DNA from: an uncultured virus (IMG/VR IMGVR_UViG_3300029705_003489)
Taxonomy: Duplodnaviria; Heunggongvirae; Uroviricota; Caudoviricetes
Strand: one strand, 5' to 3'
Length of the DNA: 64,000 bases
Virus record (IMG/VR): IMGVR_UViG_3300029705_003489
The translations under genes and the position numbers were made by a program. A model generated the notes under the pieces. The model made no database searches. It was not told where the DNA came from and saw nothing but the letters and a program-made list of their open reading frames with translations. Shown in pieces: positions 1-9,562 of this stretch (within the stretch, counting starts at the first letter, position 1; every line of letters starts with the position of its first letter).

Positions 1-2
1 AA

Positions 3-128
3 ATCCTTCCCGAGAAACATGCAGGAATCGTCAGTGCAATCTTGTTAGGTGACAAGGCGGAATTGGATGCGGATACAAAAACTTTGTATCAGAAAAACGG
101 AATTGCACATATACTGGCAATCTCGGGT
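3..128 (+). pseudogene. comEC: 5' fragment of ComEC competence protein (runs in from outside the window), interrupted by the element
   Basis: Frame from base 3 reads ILPEKHAGIVSAILLGDKAELDADTKTLYQKNGIAHILAISG, matching the ComEC Competence-domain LLG and G..H..AISG motifs; it then continues into unrelated sequence and stops at TAA 198-200. Confidence 0.93.
124..127 (+). repeat. Left attachment core CGGG
   Basis: ATC TCG GG|T GTT at the left junction versus G GCG GG|C TTG CAT at the right; joining gives ATC TCG GGC TTG CAT = ISGLH. Confidence 0.8.
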
Positions 129-291
129 GTTCAATGTCGCATCTTTGGAAAAAGTGTAACTCGCAAGAATGGCTTAAAACGGGCATTTGTAGGCTGTTAA
201 AATCGAAAAGTTACAGAATTAGTGGACTTTAGTTTGTAAAAGTTTTTTGGAAAAGTGTTTCGTGAATATGTAAATATTGGTGCTTTGTACT

Positions 292-342
292 ACCTTGGCA
301 CAAAAGCAAATTTGCTTTTCAAGGGGTCAAACCTTGGCACAA
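292..342. repeat. Direct repeat ACCTTGGCACAA (292-303, 331-342) bracketing a perfect 18-bp palindrome AAAAGCAAATTTGCTTTT (302-319)
   Basis: Read directly, immediately upstream of the SymE-like ORF. Confidence 0.75.
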
Positions 343-357
343 TAATAAGGAGGAAAA

Positions 358-537
358 ATGCGTAAGAAAAAGACAAATAGACAGTTAAAAGTAATAGAGC
401 AATCTGGATATAAATACAAGCCAACACCGACTATTATTCTGAAAGGACAGTGGTTACAGGACTTTGGATTTGAGATAGGAGATATTGTGGAGGTAAAATG
501 TATGAATTCAAAAATGGAAATTATATTGCAAAAATAA
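358..537 (+). CDS. SymE-family (type I TA) toxin-like protein, 59 aa, not in the ORF track
   Basis: MRKKKTNRQLKVIEQSGYKYKPTPTIILKGQWLQDFGFEIGDIVEVKCMNSKMEIILQK; P.I.LKG.WL...GF..G..V.V SymE signature; AGGAGG RBS. Confidence 0.8.
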   Translation: MRKKKTNRQLKVIEQSGYKYKPTPTIILKGQWLQDFGFEIGDIVEVKCMNSKMEIILQK

Positions 538-565
538 TTGCATTGTGAGAAAAATGTCAAAAATC

Positions 566-593
566 TTGAAAAACTACTATTTTGTGATATACT
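566..593 (+). promoter_or_regulatory. sigma-A-like promoter of the R-M operon
   Basis: TTGAAA-16 bp-TATACT with extended -10 TG. Confidence 0.55.
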
Positions 594-627
594 AATGACA
601 GGTAAATTACAAGGAGGTTACAGGTTA

Positions 628-846
628 ATGAGTTTTAGTGAAGAAATTAAGCTAACACGTCAGAAATCATTTATGACTCAAGATCAGTTTGCGAGAGAAA
701 TTGATGTATCAGTTGCAACCATTAATCGATGGGAAACAGGAAAAGCGCGTCCAAATATAACTGCGATTAAGCGTATCAAATCTTTTTGCAATACAAATAA
801 TATGCCATTTGAAAAGTTGGAAAGTGAATGGCTTAAAGGGATATAA
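628..846 (+). CDS. XRE-family HTH regulator (possible R-M controller protein)
   Basis: MTQDQFAREIDVSVATINRWETGK HTH; AGGAGG RBS before ATG 628; heads the MTase operon. Confidence 0.8.
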   Translation: MSFSEEIKLTRQKSFMTQDQFAREIDVSVATINRWETGKARPNITAIKRIKSFCNTNNMPFEKLESEWLKGI

Positions 847-887
847 CTATAAGATAACGAATATTAAGAACAAGGAAGGACATATTC

Positions 888-2141
888 ATGGAAAAAAGGC
901 TATCAACTAATCAAAAGCCTAATTACAAAAATCTTTCGCATTATCTTAATCAGCAGCATGATGAGGAGTATGCATTACTTAGCCACTATATTCAATTACA
1001 AGGTAGCAGCGAGGCGGCTGAATACAAAAGAATACTGTTAGAACATGGGAATGAAGTTGAAAATTTGCCTTCTGCTAATAGCTTTAATAAGGAATTTGAT
1101 ATTCCCTTTGTAAGTAGTAACGAACCGAAATTCACCTTTATTGATTTGTTTGCAGGAATTGGTGGTTTTCGTATGGCTATGCAGAATCATGGGGGGAAAT
1201 GTGTGTTCTCATCTGAATGGGATGAAGCCGCAAAACAAACATATTTCGAGAACTATGGAGAAGTACCATTCGGTGATATTACTAAACCTGAGATAAAAGC
1301 ATTGATTCCTCAAAAATTTGATGTTCTTTGTGCCGGTTTCCCATGCCAACCATTTAGTTATTCTGGACAAAAGCTGGGTTTCAAAGATAAAACAAAAGGT
1401 ACTTTGTTTTTTGATGTGTGTGAAATACTGAAAGCTAGACAACCTCAAGCGTTTTTTTTGGAAAATGTTAAAGGTATTGTCTCTCATGAAAACGGAAAGA
1501 CAATAGAGACTATACGAAATATCTTGACTGATGAACTAGGTTATGATATTCACGAATGTGTTTTGAGTTCCTTGGATTTTGGATTGCCACAAAAACGAGA
1601 ACGGTGGTATTGTGTTGGGTTCAAAAAGAAAACCGAATTTGAATTTCCTAAAGGCATGGGAAAGGCTGCCGTACTCAGAGACATTATCGACCTAGATAAT
1701 AACGACCCTTCTCTGGCTCTTCCAAAGTTTGAACTGGACCGTATTAAGTATCATTTTGAGCATGCTCATGAAATTAGAGTTAAACACGATAACTCCAAGT
1801 ATGCGCCAAACACTAAAAAAGGAAAATATGGTGTGTATTCATTCCAAAAGCCTGATGGTAGTTTGCGATTTCATGTGGGAGACCCTGCAAAAACACAAAT
1901 TCAAGAGGCGTTTTATTCGTGTTTAGATTCGTATGCTTCAACAATTATAGCGAATCGTACACCAAAACTTTGGGACATTGAAAGAAAGCTATCTGTTCGT
2001 GAATCTGCTAGATTGCAGGGATTTCCGGATGATTTTAAGATACCGGTTTCTGCTGCACAAGCATACAAACAATTTGGAAATTCCGTATCGGTTCCAGTTT
2101 TAACAGAAATTGTTAAAAGAATGATTAACCATCTTGAGTAG
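888..2141 (+). CDS. DNA (cytosine-5) methyltransferase of the R-M system
   Basis: Motifs DLFAGIGG, GFPCQPFS, ENVKG, QKRER, RLQGFP, YKQFGNSV. Confidence 0.95.
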   Translation: MEKRLSTNQKPNYKNLSHYLNQQHDEEYALLSHYIQLQGSSEAAEYKRILLEHGNEVENLPSANSFNKEFDIPFVSSNEPKFTFIDLFAGIGGFRMAMQNHGGKCVFSSEWDEAAKQTYFENYGEVPFGDITKPEIKALIPQKFDVLCAGFPCQPFSYSGQKLGFKDKTKGTLFFDVCEILKARQPQAFFLENVKGIVSHENGKTIETIRNILTDELGYDIHECVLSSLDFGLPQKRERWYCVGFKKKTEFEFPKGMGKAAVLRDIIDLDNNDPSLALPKFELDRIKYHFEHAHEIRVKHDNSKYAPNTKKGKYGVYSFQKPDGSLRFHVGDPAKTQIQEAFYSCLDSYASTIIANRTPKLWDIERKLSVRESARLQGFPDDFKIPVSAAQAYKQFGNSVSVPVLTEIVKRMINHLE

Positions 2142-2152
2142 GAGGATGAATA

Positions 2153-4150
2153 GTGATGTATTATTTTACACCAGATACAATATTCCAAGCTAATAAAAAT
2201 ATTGAAGCTCTTGACCCAAAAGTAGGTGGATTGCTATGCGTTTTACACTGTTTAGTGGATGATATCGAGGAAAATATTAGTTATACCGTTGATGGTGAAC
2301 GATTACGTAAACAATTAAGTCTGGTTTTTGATAAGGAGCCTAGAGATTCTTTTGAAAATGCGAAGGCTAGTTATATTATTTTTGCAAGAAATTGGGTGCA
2401 AACTTTCTTTGATACTTGTATCAAAAATAAAATTGATTTGCTGTCATGTGCAGTATTTTTCTTGAGAAGGAATGGTTTCGAAAGAGAATATACTAAAGAG
2501 GAAATCATTGATATTTTCATTGATCGTTTTCATTTAGTAAATTATAAAGAATATTGGTTCTACGATGGTAACAAGGTTGAACTCACATACAATCAGCAAA
2601 ATGTTGAAGATAATCAAGCGGAGTTTTATAGTAAGATGAACTATACTACTGACTTTAAATCCATTCTTTTTCGTAATGTGATTCAAAAGTCAGCTGCGGA
2701 CTTAAAAGCTGCAGGTCAAATTCAAACGCTTTACTCAGGCTCCAGCATCCACACATGTTTTCTTCTGTCAGATGAATCACTTGACCAGTATTATGTTATG
2801 AGTAATTCAATTCATAGCCGAGGAAATCAATGCACTATAGAAAAATACACTGGAATTAGAAACAGCGATGATGAAAATGCAGAATTTAGAACGGGTCTTG
2901 ATATTTCATATGAACGAAATCGTATCGTTTTTGGTGCACCGGGTACAGGAAAAAGCCATTTGCTAAAAGATGATGTAAAGAAAGTTACGGATTCTTACGG
3001 TGGAACCGTAGTTGAAAGAGTAACATTCCATCCAGAATATAGTTATTCTCAGTTTGTAGGTACATATAAGCCGACAATGATTGAGGCTGAACCTACATTA
3101 CACTTGGATGCAGATAAAAAAGAGGTTCTTGCAGTATTAAGAGATAATTCTTTATCGGCACAGGAAAAATATGATCTATTATATGACAGATTTAAAGAGG
3201 AAGGAATTACAAGATTGCCACTTCTTCTTGGATTGTATTGTGATGACAGCTTCAGAACTAAAAAGCAAGACGGCACAGATGCTGTTGGTGATAACAGCGT
3301 AGAAAGAAATCATGGAAGGGCAATCCGACCATACGTTATTCTTGCAGAGAAATCAAAAGGTAAGAGTGAGATTGCGTATGAATATGTGCCTGGTCCTTTT
3401 ATGAGAATGTATGTGTCAGCATTAAAGAGCGCGAGATGTTTTGTACCACAGCCGCATATTTTAATCATTGAGGAAATCAATAGAGCAAAGGTGGCTGCCG
3501 TGTTTGGTGATGTATTCCAGTTGCTTGACCGTGATGAAAATGGTGTTAGTGAATATGATATTCAAGCATCCGAAGATATAAAGAAGTACCTCGCAAAGGA
3601 ACTTGGTGGTTCACCGGAAGACTATAGCCGTATTCGTATTCCAGACAATATGTTTATTTGGTCCACAATGAACAGTGCGGATCAGGGCGTATTTCCTATG
3701 GATACTGCCTTCAAGAGAAGATGGAATTTTGAATACCTTGGTATCGATAAAAATGAAGAAAAGATTACGGGCAAAGGAAAACTTGTTATTGAAGCCACAG
3801 GTGAGATGATTGAATGGAATCGTCTCCGGAAGGCAATTAATGCAAAAATGTCGTCAAGTGAGTTTAAGATTAACGAAGATAAGTTAATGGGGCCGTTTTT
3901 CTTATCAAAGAAGGCAATTGCATCAGATGAAAATGGTATGATTATCGACTCAAAGGCATTTGTTGATGCATTCAAGAGCAAAGTAATTATGTATTTGTAT
4001 GAGGATGCAGTAAAACAGGGTAAGCATCGTTTCTTTGACGGTTGTCCGGATACAAGCAAATATTCTGCTGTGTGTGATGCATTTGATAAGATTGGTATTA
4101 GTATTTTCGGACCTACATTCAGAGAAGATTTTTATGATAAGGAAGATTAA
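2153..4150 (+). CDS. McrB-like AAA+ GTPase restriction subunit (LlaJI.R1-like)
   Basis: Walker A GAPGTGKS, VTFHPEYSY, IIEEINRA, TMNSAD, DTAFKRRW. Confidence 0.9.
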   Translation: MMYYFTPDTIFQANKNIEALDPKVGGLLCVLHCLVDDIEENISYTVDGERLRKQLSLVFDKEPRDSFENAKASYIIFARNWVQTFFDTCIKNKIDLLSCAVFFLRRNGFEREYTKEEIIDIFIDRFHLVNYKEYWFYDGNKVELTYNQQNVEDNQAEFYSKMNYTTDFKSILFRNVIQKSAADLKAAGQIQTLYSGSSIHTCFLLSDESLDQYYVMSNSIHSRGNQCTIEKYTGIRNSDDENAEFRTGLDISYERNRIVFGAPGTGKSHLLKDDVKKVTDSYGGTVVERVTFHPEYSYSQFVGTYKPTMIEAEPTLHLDADKKEVLAVLRDNSLSAQEKYDLLYDRFKEEGITRLPLLLGLYCDDSFRTKKQDGTDAVGDNSVERNHGRAIRPYVILAEKSKGKSEIAYEYVPGPFMRMYVSALKSARCFVPQPHILIIEEINRAKVAAVFGDVFQLLDRDENGVSEYDIQASEDIKKYLAKELGGSPEDYSRIRIPDNMFIWSTMNSADQGVFPMDTAFKRRWNFEYLGIDKNEEKITGKGKLVIEATGEMIEWNRLRKAINAKMSSSEFKINEDKLMGPFFLSKKAIASDENGMIIDSKAFVDAFKSKVIMYLYEDAVKQGKHRFFDGCPDTSKYSAVCDAFDKIGISIFGPTFREDFYDKED

Positions 4151-4152
4151 GA

Positions 4153-5625
4153 ATGAAGATAGTTTCGAGTTACGTTAGGGAGCAGAAACGCTACACTAAG
4201 AACGAACTGAAGAATATTTTTTCCTTTGATGAAGCGGGGGTGGAGAAGTTCATCAAGAACCTCAAGGCCTACGGTGTGCTTAAGAGTGTAAAGAACAGCA
4301 CTGCGCAGCTTGAAATGTCCGATTTGCTTGATGAGGATATAGAGATTACCGATGAGACCGCAGAAAGCGGTGACTGCTTGTATGTGTTTACTTATGTTGG
4401 AGTCATTACTTCTGGCAGCAGAGTTATCAAGGTATATCCGAAGTATCTGCTGTCGCAGAAAGAGCCACTGGCAGAAATGAAGCAAGTGGTAAAGGTTTTG
4501 GAGAGATACAGCAATTCGGAAGAGCAGATAATAAATATCTTCAACGGTGACGGGGAGAACCGTAGTTTTAATATACTGGCTGTTATCCTGTTTCTTCTCA
4601 ACGATTATTATGAGTATGGTATCTACACAAACAGTGAGGATATTATCGAGATAAACGGAGAGGGAGAAATACTGTGGGGCAAGACCATTGATGAGAGTTT
4701 TGCCATGATTGAGGACGGCCGGCCATATTATATGGAACTTTATACCGGGAAAACCGTAGAAGATGATATGGATTATTTCAAGCGACTTCATGAGTGTGTT
4801 CTTACTGAATGCTCCAAGCAACTCCACGATGCACAATTGGATGAGTTGTTCGGCATGGATGAGTTAGTGCTTTCAGAGGAAACTGTGCTTGATTTTGGTG
4901 ACAAGGATTATATCCTTGAGCGTTTGCACAAAGAGTTAAATATACAATTTAATACTCGTAGGCAGATCCTTCTGAAGACTATCTATACATACATTTCACA
5001 GGACAGAAGAATGCTGGAGGAAAACGATGGCATCAGTATGTTTGGTACAACGGCATACTATGCGGTATGGGAAAAGGTGTGTGCGGATGTATTTGATAAT
5101 AAGCTGAACACTACACTTGGTCAGTTGAAAATGACTGTGCCTTTGGCTGATGAGTTTAAGGGTAGGAGTTCCGAGACTTTAATCAATATTATTGAAAAGC
5201 CGAAGTGGAAGGGAACTGATATGGAGGAAGTGGATGCAACAGATACGCTTATCCCGGATTTGATAAGTATTCCACAGATAAACGGTGTGGACTATTTCTT
5301 TATCTTTGATGCGAAGTATTATAATATACAGCTTGAAAAAGGTAAGTCTCTTCGTGGTAATCCAGGTGTTGGAGATGTTACAAAGCAATATCTGTATCAA
5401 TTGGCTTACAAGGATTTCATCAAGGCTCATAATATAGCAGTGGTAAAGAATTGCTTTTTGATGCCTACAGAAAAGAATGAAATTATAAAAAAGGGTACAG
5501 CAAGAATGCCTATGTTGGAGGCTTTAGGATTAGAGAATATCCAAATACGTCTGATTCCTGCAGATATGTTGTACAATTGCTATCTGAGCCGGAAGAAAAT
5601 AGAAATTGAGAAACTTGATTTATAA
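4153..5625 (+). CDS. LlaJI-family (McrC-like) restriction endonuclease subunit
   Basis: FTYVGVI, VWEKVC, LIPDLI...IFDAKYY, DVTKQYLY PD-(D/E)XK motifs; follows the McrB-like gene. Confidence 0.85.
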   Translation: MKIVSSYVREQKRYTKNELKNIFSFDEAGVEKFIKNLKAYGVLKSVKNSTAQLEMSDLLDEDIEITDETAESGDCLYVFTYVGVITSGSRVIKVYPKYLLSQKEPLAEMKQVVKVLERYSNSEEQIINIFNGDGENRSFNILAVILFLLNDYYEYGIYTNSEDIIEINGEGEILWGKTIDESFAMIEDGRPYYMELYTGKTVEDDMDYFKRLHECVLTECSKQLHDAQLDELFGMDELVLSEETVLDFGDKDYILERLHKELNIQFNTRRQILLKTIYTYISQDRRMLEENDGISMFGTTAYYAVWEKVCADVFDNKLNTTLGQLKMTVPLADEFKGRSSETLINIIEKPKWKGTDMEEVDATDTLIPDLISIPQINGVDYFFIFDAKYYNIQLEKGKSLRGNPGVGDVTKQYLYQLAYKDFIKAHNIAVVKNCFLMPTEKNEIIKKGTARMPMLEALGLENIQIRLIPADMLYNCYLSRKKIEIEKLDL

Positions 5626-5689
5626 GAGTTATCAGTTAATTATTGTACCGTTTAAGTTTTTCATTTTCTTGTATATCATGGGGGAATAA

Positions 5690-6946
5690 ATGGAATTATA
5701 TGCATTTACAAAAGTATGCGAATTGTATAATAAAAAAGCAGGTACTGAAATAGCAGAAAACAAGTTAAGAGATAAATTAACAGAAATAGTTGAGGCAGTG
5801 GGAATAGATAATGAACTCCTTAAAGGTGGTAATTCCGTTAAGGATGTAAATGGAAAAACGTTAAAAGGAAGTGCTTATGCTATTCCTAGAGAATCTGTGG
5901 GATTTTTAGCAGAGCTTATTGATATGTATACCACAAAAGATTTTCAGCTATTGAGACAAGCAGAATTTAGAGATGTTTCCGTTAAGGAACTACAATTTTT
6001 GTACAATGGTTTTAGTCGATATTTACTTGGTCGAGGTTATAGTCATGAAATAATTAATCAGCAACAGCTACAGATGGATAGAAGATTGCATTATAAAATT
6101 CGCTTGGAGGAAATTGCGTTTAAGCGCGTTTTAAACGAAGCAGAGGAACTGGCAAGTAATTGTGAGTACGATGCCTTAAATATGAATTATGATGATGCAC
6201 TTTATTTCATTCGTTATATGAAATATAAATTGCAAATTGTAAATAATGAACTTGCAAATGTTTATTACTACTACAATGATATACGTGCTGATGAAATAAC
6301 AGAGAGTGCTGTTACGGAGTGTTCGGATTCAACAAATGAGCAGAGGATTAATAAGGAGTTGCTTTTGGCAGATGCTCTTGAAAAGGATACAGAATACATC
6401 ACATTGCGGAAGCAACTAGAGGAACTTATCGCTGCACCGGGATTTGTTAAGAAAAAAGAAGGTACTTATAAAAAGATTTGCGCTCGATTGGAGTCTATTA
6501 CTCGAAAATACAGTATGGAGTTATTCGGGGAAATATTACGTTCTGATGCTGATAATACAATGATTTTTAGGCATCCATTAAGTGTTTTATCAGAGGCGAT
6601 TCGGTATGAAGCTGAAAATATTGCTGAAAAAGAAAAAGCGAAATTATCGAAGGGAAAGAAGGAACCGGAGATTGATTGGAAAAAATATGGAATTAAACAT
6701 GATGAGCCTCATTCACAAAAGGAAGAAGATGAAATTTTCCTGTTAGATAAAATGGCGGCTAAGATAAAAGGTAAGCTGAAGTTTCCCTGTTGCAATAAAG
6801 AAGTAATTGTGTATAAGGGAGCAAGTGGGAAATGTGCTGTTTTATGCGATTCATGTAATTGTTATTCGATGTTTGATTATGACGAGATGTCCGCAACAGA
6901 GGTTCGTGAACTCATCGGGACTTCACAAAAATTTAAATTGGGCTAG
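5690..6946 (+). CDS. Hypothetical protein with C-terminal Cys-rich (Zn-ribbon-like) segment
   Basis: 418-aa ORF; C-terminal FPCC...CDSC. Confidence 0.7.
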   Translation: MELYAFTKVCELYNKKAGTEIAENKLRDKLTEIVEAVGIDNELLKGGNSVKDVNGKTLKGSAYAIPRESVGFLAELIDMYTTKDFQLLRQAEFRDVSVKELQFLYNGFSRYLLGRGYSHEIINQQQLQMDRRLHYKIRLEEIAFKRVLNEAEELASNCEYDALNMNYDDALYFIRYMKYKLQIVNNELANVYYYYNDIRADEITESAVTECSDSTNEQRINKELLLADALEKDTEYITLRKQLEELIAAPGFVKKKEGTYKKICARLESITRKYSMELFGEILRSDADNTMIFRHPLSVLSEAIRYEAENIAEKEKAKLSKGKKEPEIDWKKYGIKHDEPHSQKEEDEIFLLDKMAAKIKGKLKFPCCNKEVIVYKGASGKCAVLCDSCNCYSMFDYDEMSATEVRELIGTSQKFKLG

Positions 6947-6957
6947 TCTTATTTAAG

Positions 6958-7016
6958 AAAAAATGAAACAGGCCAGAAAGCTAATTATTGGTTTTCTGGC
7001 CTGTTTCATTTTTTTT
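6958..7016. terminator. Bidirectional intrinsic terminator
   Basis: 22-bp perfect inverted repeat AAAAAATGAAACAGGCCAGAAA / TTTCTGGCCTGTTTCATTTTTT between convergent genes. Confidence 0.85.
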
Positions 7017-7100
7017 ATAAAGATGCACCCCAATTTTGTTTGAGTTTTCTGGTGTATATCTATGAAAAATAGTGTGGTATTGTAAATAAGTAGTTTGTAG

Positions 7101-7793
7101 TTAATTATTCAAGATATCATTAAGGTTGCGGTCGATAGCATCAATATATGATTCTTTTTTGATGCTACCGTTCTGATAAATGGTGTATAAGTCTACAAGC
7201 TGCCTAAGAAAAGCATTGATGGTACAATTAATGGTATTTGTATTACCTCCATGTTCAATATCTGACATATAATCTTCATACTCTTCACGAGTCAGCCCTT
7301 TACCGTCGACAGGGTCATAATTGGAGAAATATATTGCCTGATATTTGTTGAAAGGATCGGTATCGATACCGAGAACACCGCGTTTTCTATAGTAGAAGCC
7401 TGTGTCGATGCCATCGTCATCAATTGCTTCTACGTAAACAACCTCTTGACATTCGATTTCTTTAATGGATATAGCAGCATGCTTGAAAATGTCTGCTAGA
7501 CCATTACAGACTGCAATAAGTGGTGAAACATAAGGAACCTCTTCCAATGTTGTGACAGGTTCGACTTTTGGTTGGTTGCTATGGTCTTGACATAAGTAGT
7601 CCATTGTTACTCCGAAATGGTCTGCGACATCGTATAAAAAGTCAAGGGGTATGGTAGTGCTTGACTTAAGGTATTTGCAGATATTTGGCTGAGTATAGCC
7701 GAGTGTTTCGGCCAATTGATTTTGGCTGATGCGTTGTTCTTCCATTAATCGAGAAATATTTTCTCGTGGGATTTTTAAATTCAAATTAGGCAT
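7101..7793 (-). CDS. XRE-family HTH repressor with long C-terminal domain
   Basis: Start at ATG 7793 with AGGAGGAA RBS; ISQNQLAETLGYTQPNICKY HTH; divergent from early genes. Confidence 0.85.
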   Translation of the reverse strand: MPNLNLKIPRENISRLMEEQRISQNQLAETLGYTQPNICKYLKSSTTIPLDFLYDVADHFGVTMDYLCQDHSNQPKVEPVTTLEEVPYVSPLIAVCNGLADIFKHAAISIKEIECQEVVYVEAIDDDGIDTGFYYRKRGVLGIDTDPFNKYQAIYFSNYDPVDGKGLTREEYEDYMSDIEHGGNTNTINCTINAFLRQLVDLYTIYQNGSIKKESYIDAIDRNLNDILNN

Positions 7794-7942
7794 AATAGTA
7801 TTCCTCCTTGGAAATGGCATTATTCCGTAGTTGCATATAGTGTAACATAAAAGAAGGAAAAAATGAATAGGAAAAATGGAAGAATGAATTTCCATATGCG
7901 CTAAAAAAAAGGTAAAATTTGAACAGAAGGAGGTGCTGAAAA

Positions 7943-8125
7943 ATGGATGTACTAATTCCAATTCGTTGTCAGGAGAATTGTCCAATCGGGAAAAAATGTT
8001 GCTTTGGTGAAGTGTATGCAGAATCGCTTGGTGAGAGGCCGTTGAGAGAAAGACATAAATGTCATTACTCAAAAAGTACGGGGAAAGAATTTGTAGATAC
8101 TAAGACAGAAAAATCAGTTGCATAA
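7943..8125 (+). CDS. Small Cys-rich protein, divergent from the repressor
   Basis: 60 aa, AGGAGG RBS, CQENCP..CC...HKCH. Confidence 0.6.
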   Translation: MDVLIPIRCQENCPIGKKCCFGEVYAESLGERPLRERHKCHYSKSTGKEFVDTKTEKSVA

Positions 8126-8154
8126 AATTACATATCGGTCACTCGCAAAAGAAG

Positions 8155-8242
8155 CCTCTTGAAGCGCTTGAATTGCAGGACTACAAGTTATGGAAGCAAA
8201 TTACTTGTGGGCTTGAATTCAGGTGTTTCAAGGGGATTTTTT
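8155..8242 (+). terminator. Long G-U-rich RNA hairpin followed by a U-tract (attenuator or structured RNA)
   Basis: CCTCTTGAAGCGCTTGAATT pairs with AATTCAGGTGTTTCAAGGGG (4 G-U pairs), inner CTACAAGT/ACTTGTGG, then ATTTTTT. Confidence 0.65.
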
Positions 8243-8399
8243 ATTATGCTTAATTTCTTCCATATTTATCAGGGATGCTGAAAATGCGAAACGGTCAGTC
8301 ATCCTTAATTTATTAAAAAAGTTTCGTGGAAAGGTAGCATTAGGTGATACCTTTCCACGTTACGCTATAGACACCAAATGGGGAAAGGAGGCAGTTGCG

Positions 8400-8732
8400 A
8401 TGACAGAAACAGCGGACAGACGCTTGGCGATTCGAGATTATATTTCGGACAAGCGTATCACATCAATTAAAGAAATTGCTGAAGCTTTTGATGTCAGTAA
8501 AAGCACCGTCAGACGTGATTTGGATGCAATTACAGCAACTGCCCGCTTTTACATGGTGCCGGGTAATGGTGGCGGAATACATGCGGAAGAAGGATGGTAT
8601 TCGAGCGTACGTTATTTGACACCCAAGCAAGAAGAACTTTTGGAGAGATTATTACCAGAACTGCAGGCTGGTGATGCAGATACACTAAAAGGCATTCTTG
8701 CTGCATTTGGTGGCAGAAATAAAGAAAAGTAA
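8400..8732 (+). CDS. DeoR-type winged-HTH protein
   Basis: SIKEIAEAFDVSKSTVRRDLDAI; AGGAGG RBS before ATG 8400. Confidence 0.8.
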   Translation: MTETADRRLAIRDYISDKRITSIKEIAEAFDVSKSTVRRDLDAITATARFYMVPGNGGGIHAEEGWYSSVRYLTPKQEELLERLLPELQAGDADTLKGILAAFGGRNKEK

Positions 8733-8745
8733 ATGGAGGTTTTTT

Positions 8746-9216
8746 ATGAATGCGATGTTAGTGATTGGTTTAAACATGAGACTTGACCATCAGAAGTGTG
8801 AGTATTCCTATTCGAATGGATACAAGTCGAGTGCTAGAACTGGATATGTGGGTAATGGATACTTTTCTGACAACAATGGTTTCGGGTGGGGGACTACTAT
8901 GCGACCATCCAAACTTACATTAGTAGCCAATGTTGATGGTGTAATGACTGAAGTGTGGATTGACCACTTTTTCAAAGACAACTGGGGAAGACTCACGGAA
9001 AAGAGAGTTAATTCGATTCGAGCTACTATGCCACAGTTTGTTTTGCTGCATGAACATACATCATTTGCAGGAAATAGATATTACACATTGGATGAAAATT
9101 ATGCAGAAGCATGGCTGAGATGTGCTAAATGCTATCATGAATCGGGTGTAAATAGAGCTAAAGAAATAGATTTTTCCATTGCGGATGCAGTGGAAAAATT
9201 GCATGGGAATGAATAA
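8746..9216 (+). CDS. Hypothetical protein
   Basis: ORF with GGAGG RBS before ATG 8746. Confidence 0.65.
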   Translation: MNAMLVIGLNMRLDHQKCEYSYSNGYKSSARTGYVGNGYFSDNNGFGWGTTMRPSKLTLVANVDGVMTEVWIDHFFKDNWGRLTEKRVNSIRATMPQFVLLHEHTSFAGNRYYTLDENYAEAWLRCAKCYHESGVNRAKEIDFSIADAVEKLHGNE

Positions 9217-9247
9217 TGTCTGGAATGACAGAGAGGAGAGTTTTCTT

Positions 9248-9562
9248 ATGAGTAAAGGATTATTAAAAATGGCCGAAGGCTATGAACTTCTGGCAGCAGG
9301 ACTTCGTGAGATGGCAAGTGAAGAACAGCCTGCAAAGAAAGAGAAAAAGGTATCTGAAAAGGATGCGGCACAGCCACAGCCTGCTGAACCTACAGAAAAA
9401 AAGGTAACCGTGGAAATGGTTCGTGCTGTTATGGCAGATAAGTCCAGAGAGGGTAAAACGCAGGAAGTTCGTCAGCTTTTGAATGAATTCGGTGCTGACA
9501 AGTTGTCTGCAATACCGGAAGAAAAACTTCCTGCCTTGCTTCAGAAAGCAGAGGTACTTTAA
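9248..9562 (+). CDS. Conserved phage protein preceding DUF2800
   Basis: VTVEMVRAVMADKSREGK...FGADKLSAIP; stop overlaps the next start. Confidence 0.7.
   Translation: MSKGLLKMAEGYELLAAGLREMASEEQPAKKEKKVSEKDAAQPQPAEPTEKKVTVEMVRAVMADKSREGKTQEVRQLLNEFGADKLSAIPEEKLPALLQKAEVL

Noticed and set aside
155..215. TGTAACT/AGTTACA inverted repeat near attL as a recombinase site
   Set aside because: Only 7 bp and no counterpart found at attR; could be chance
327..560. 77-aa minus-strand ORF
   Set aside because: Antisense shadow of the SymE-like gene, which has an RBS and a family motif
7794..8072. N-terminal extension of the 323-aa repressor ORF
   Set aside because: Strong RBS at ATG 7793; the extension overlaps the divergent promoter region and the 7943 ORF
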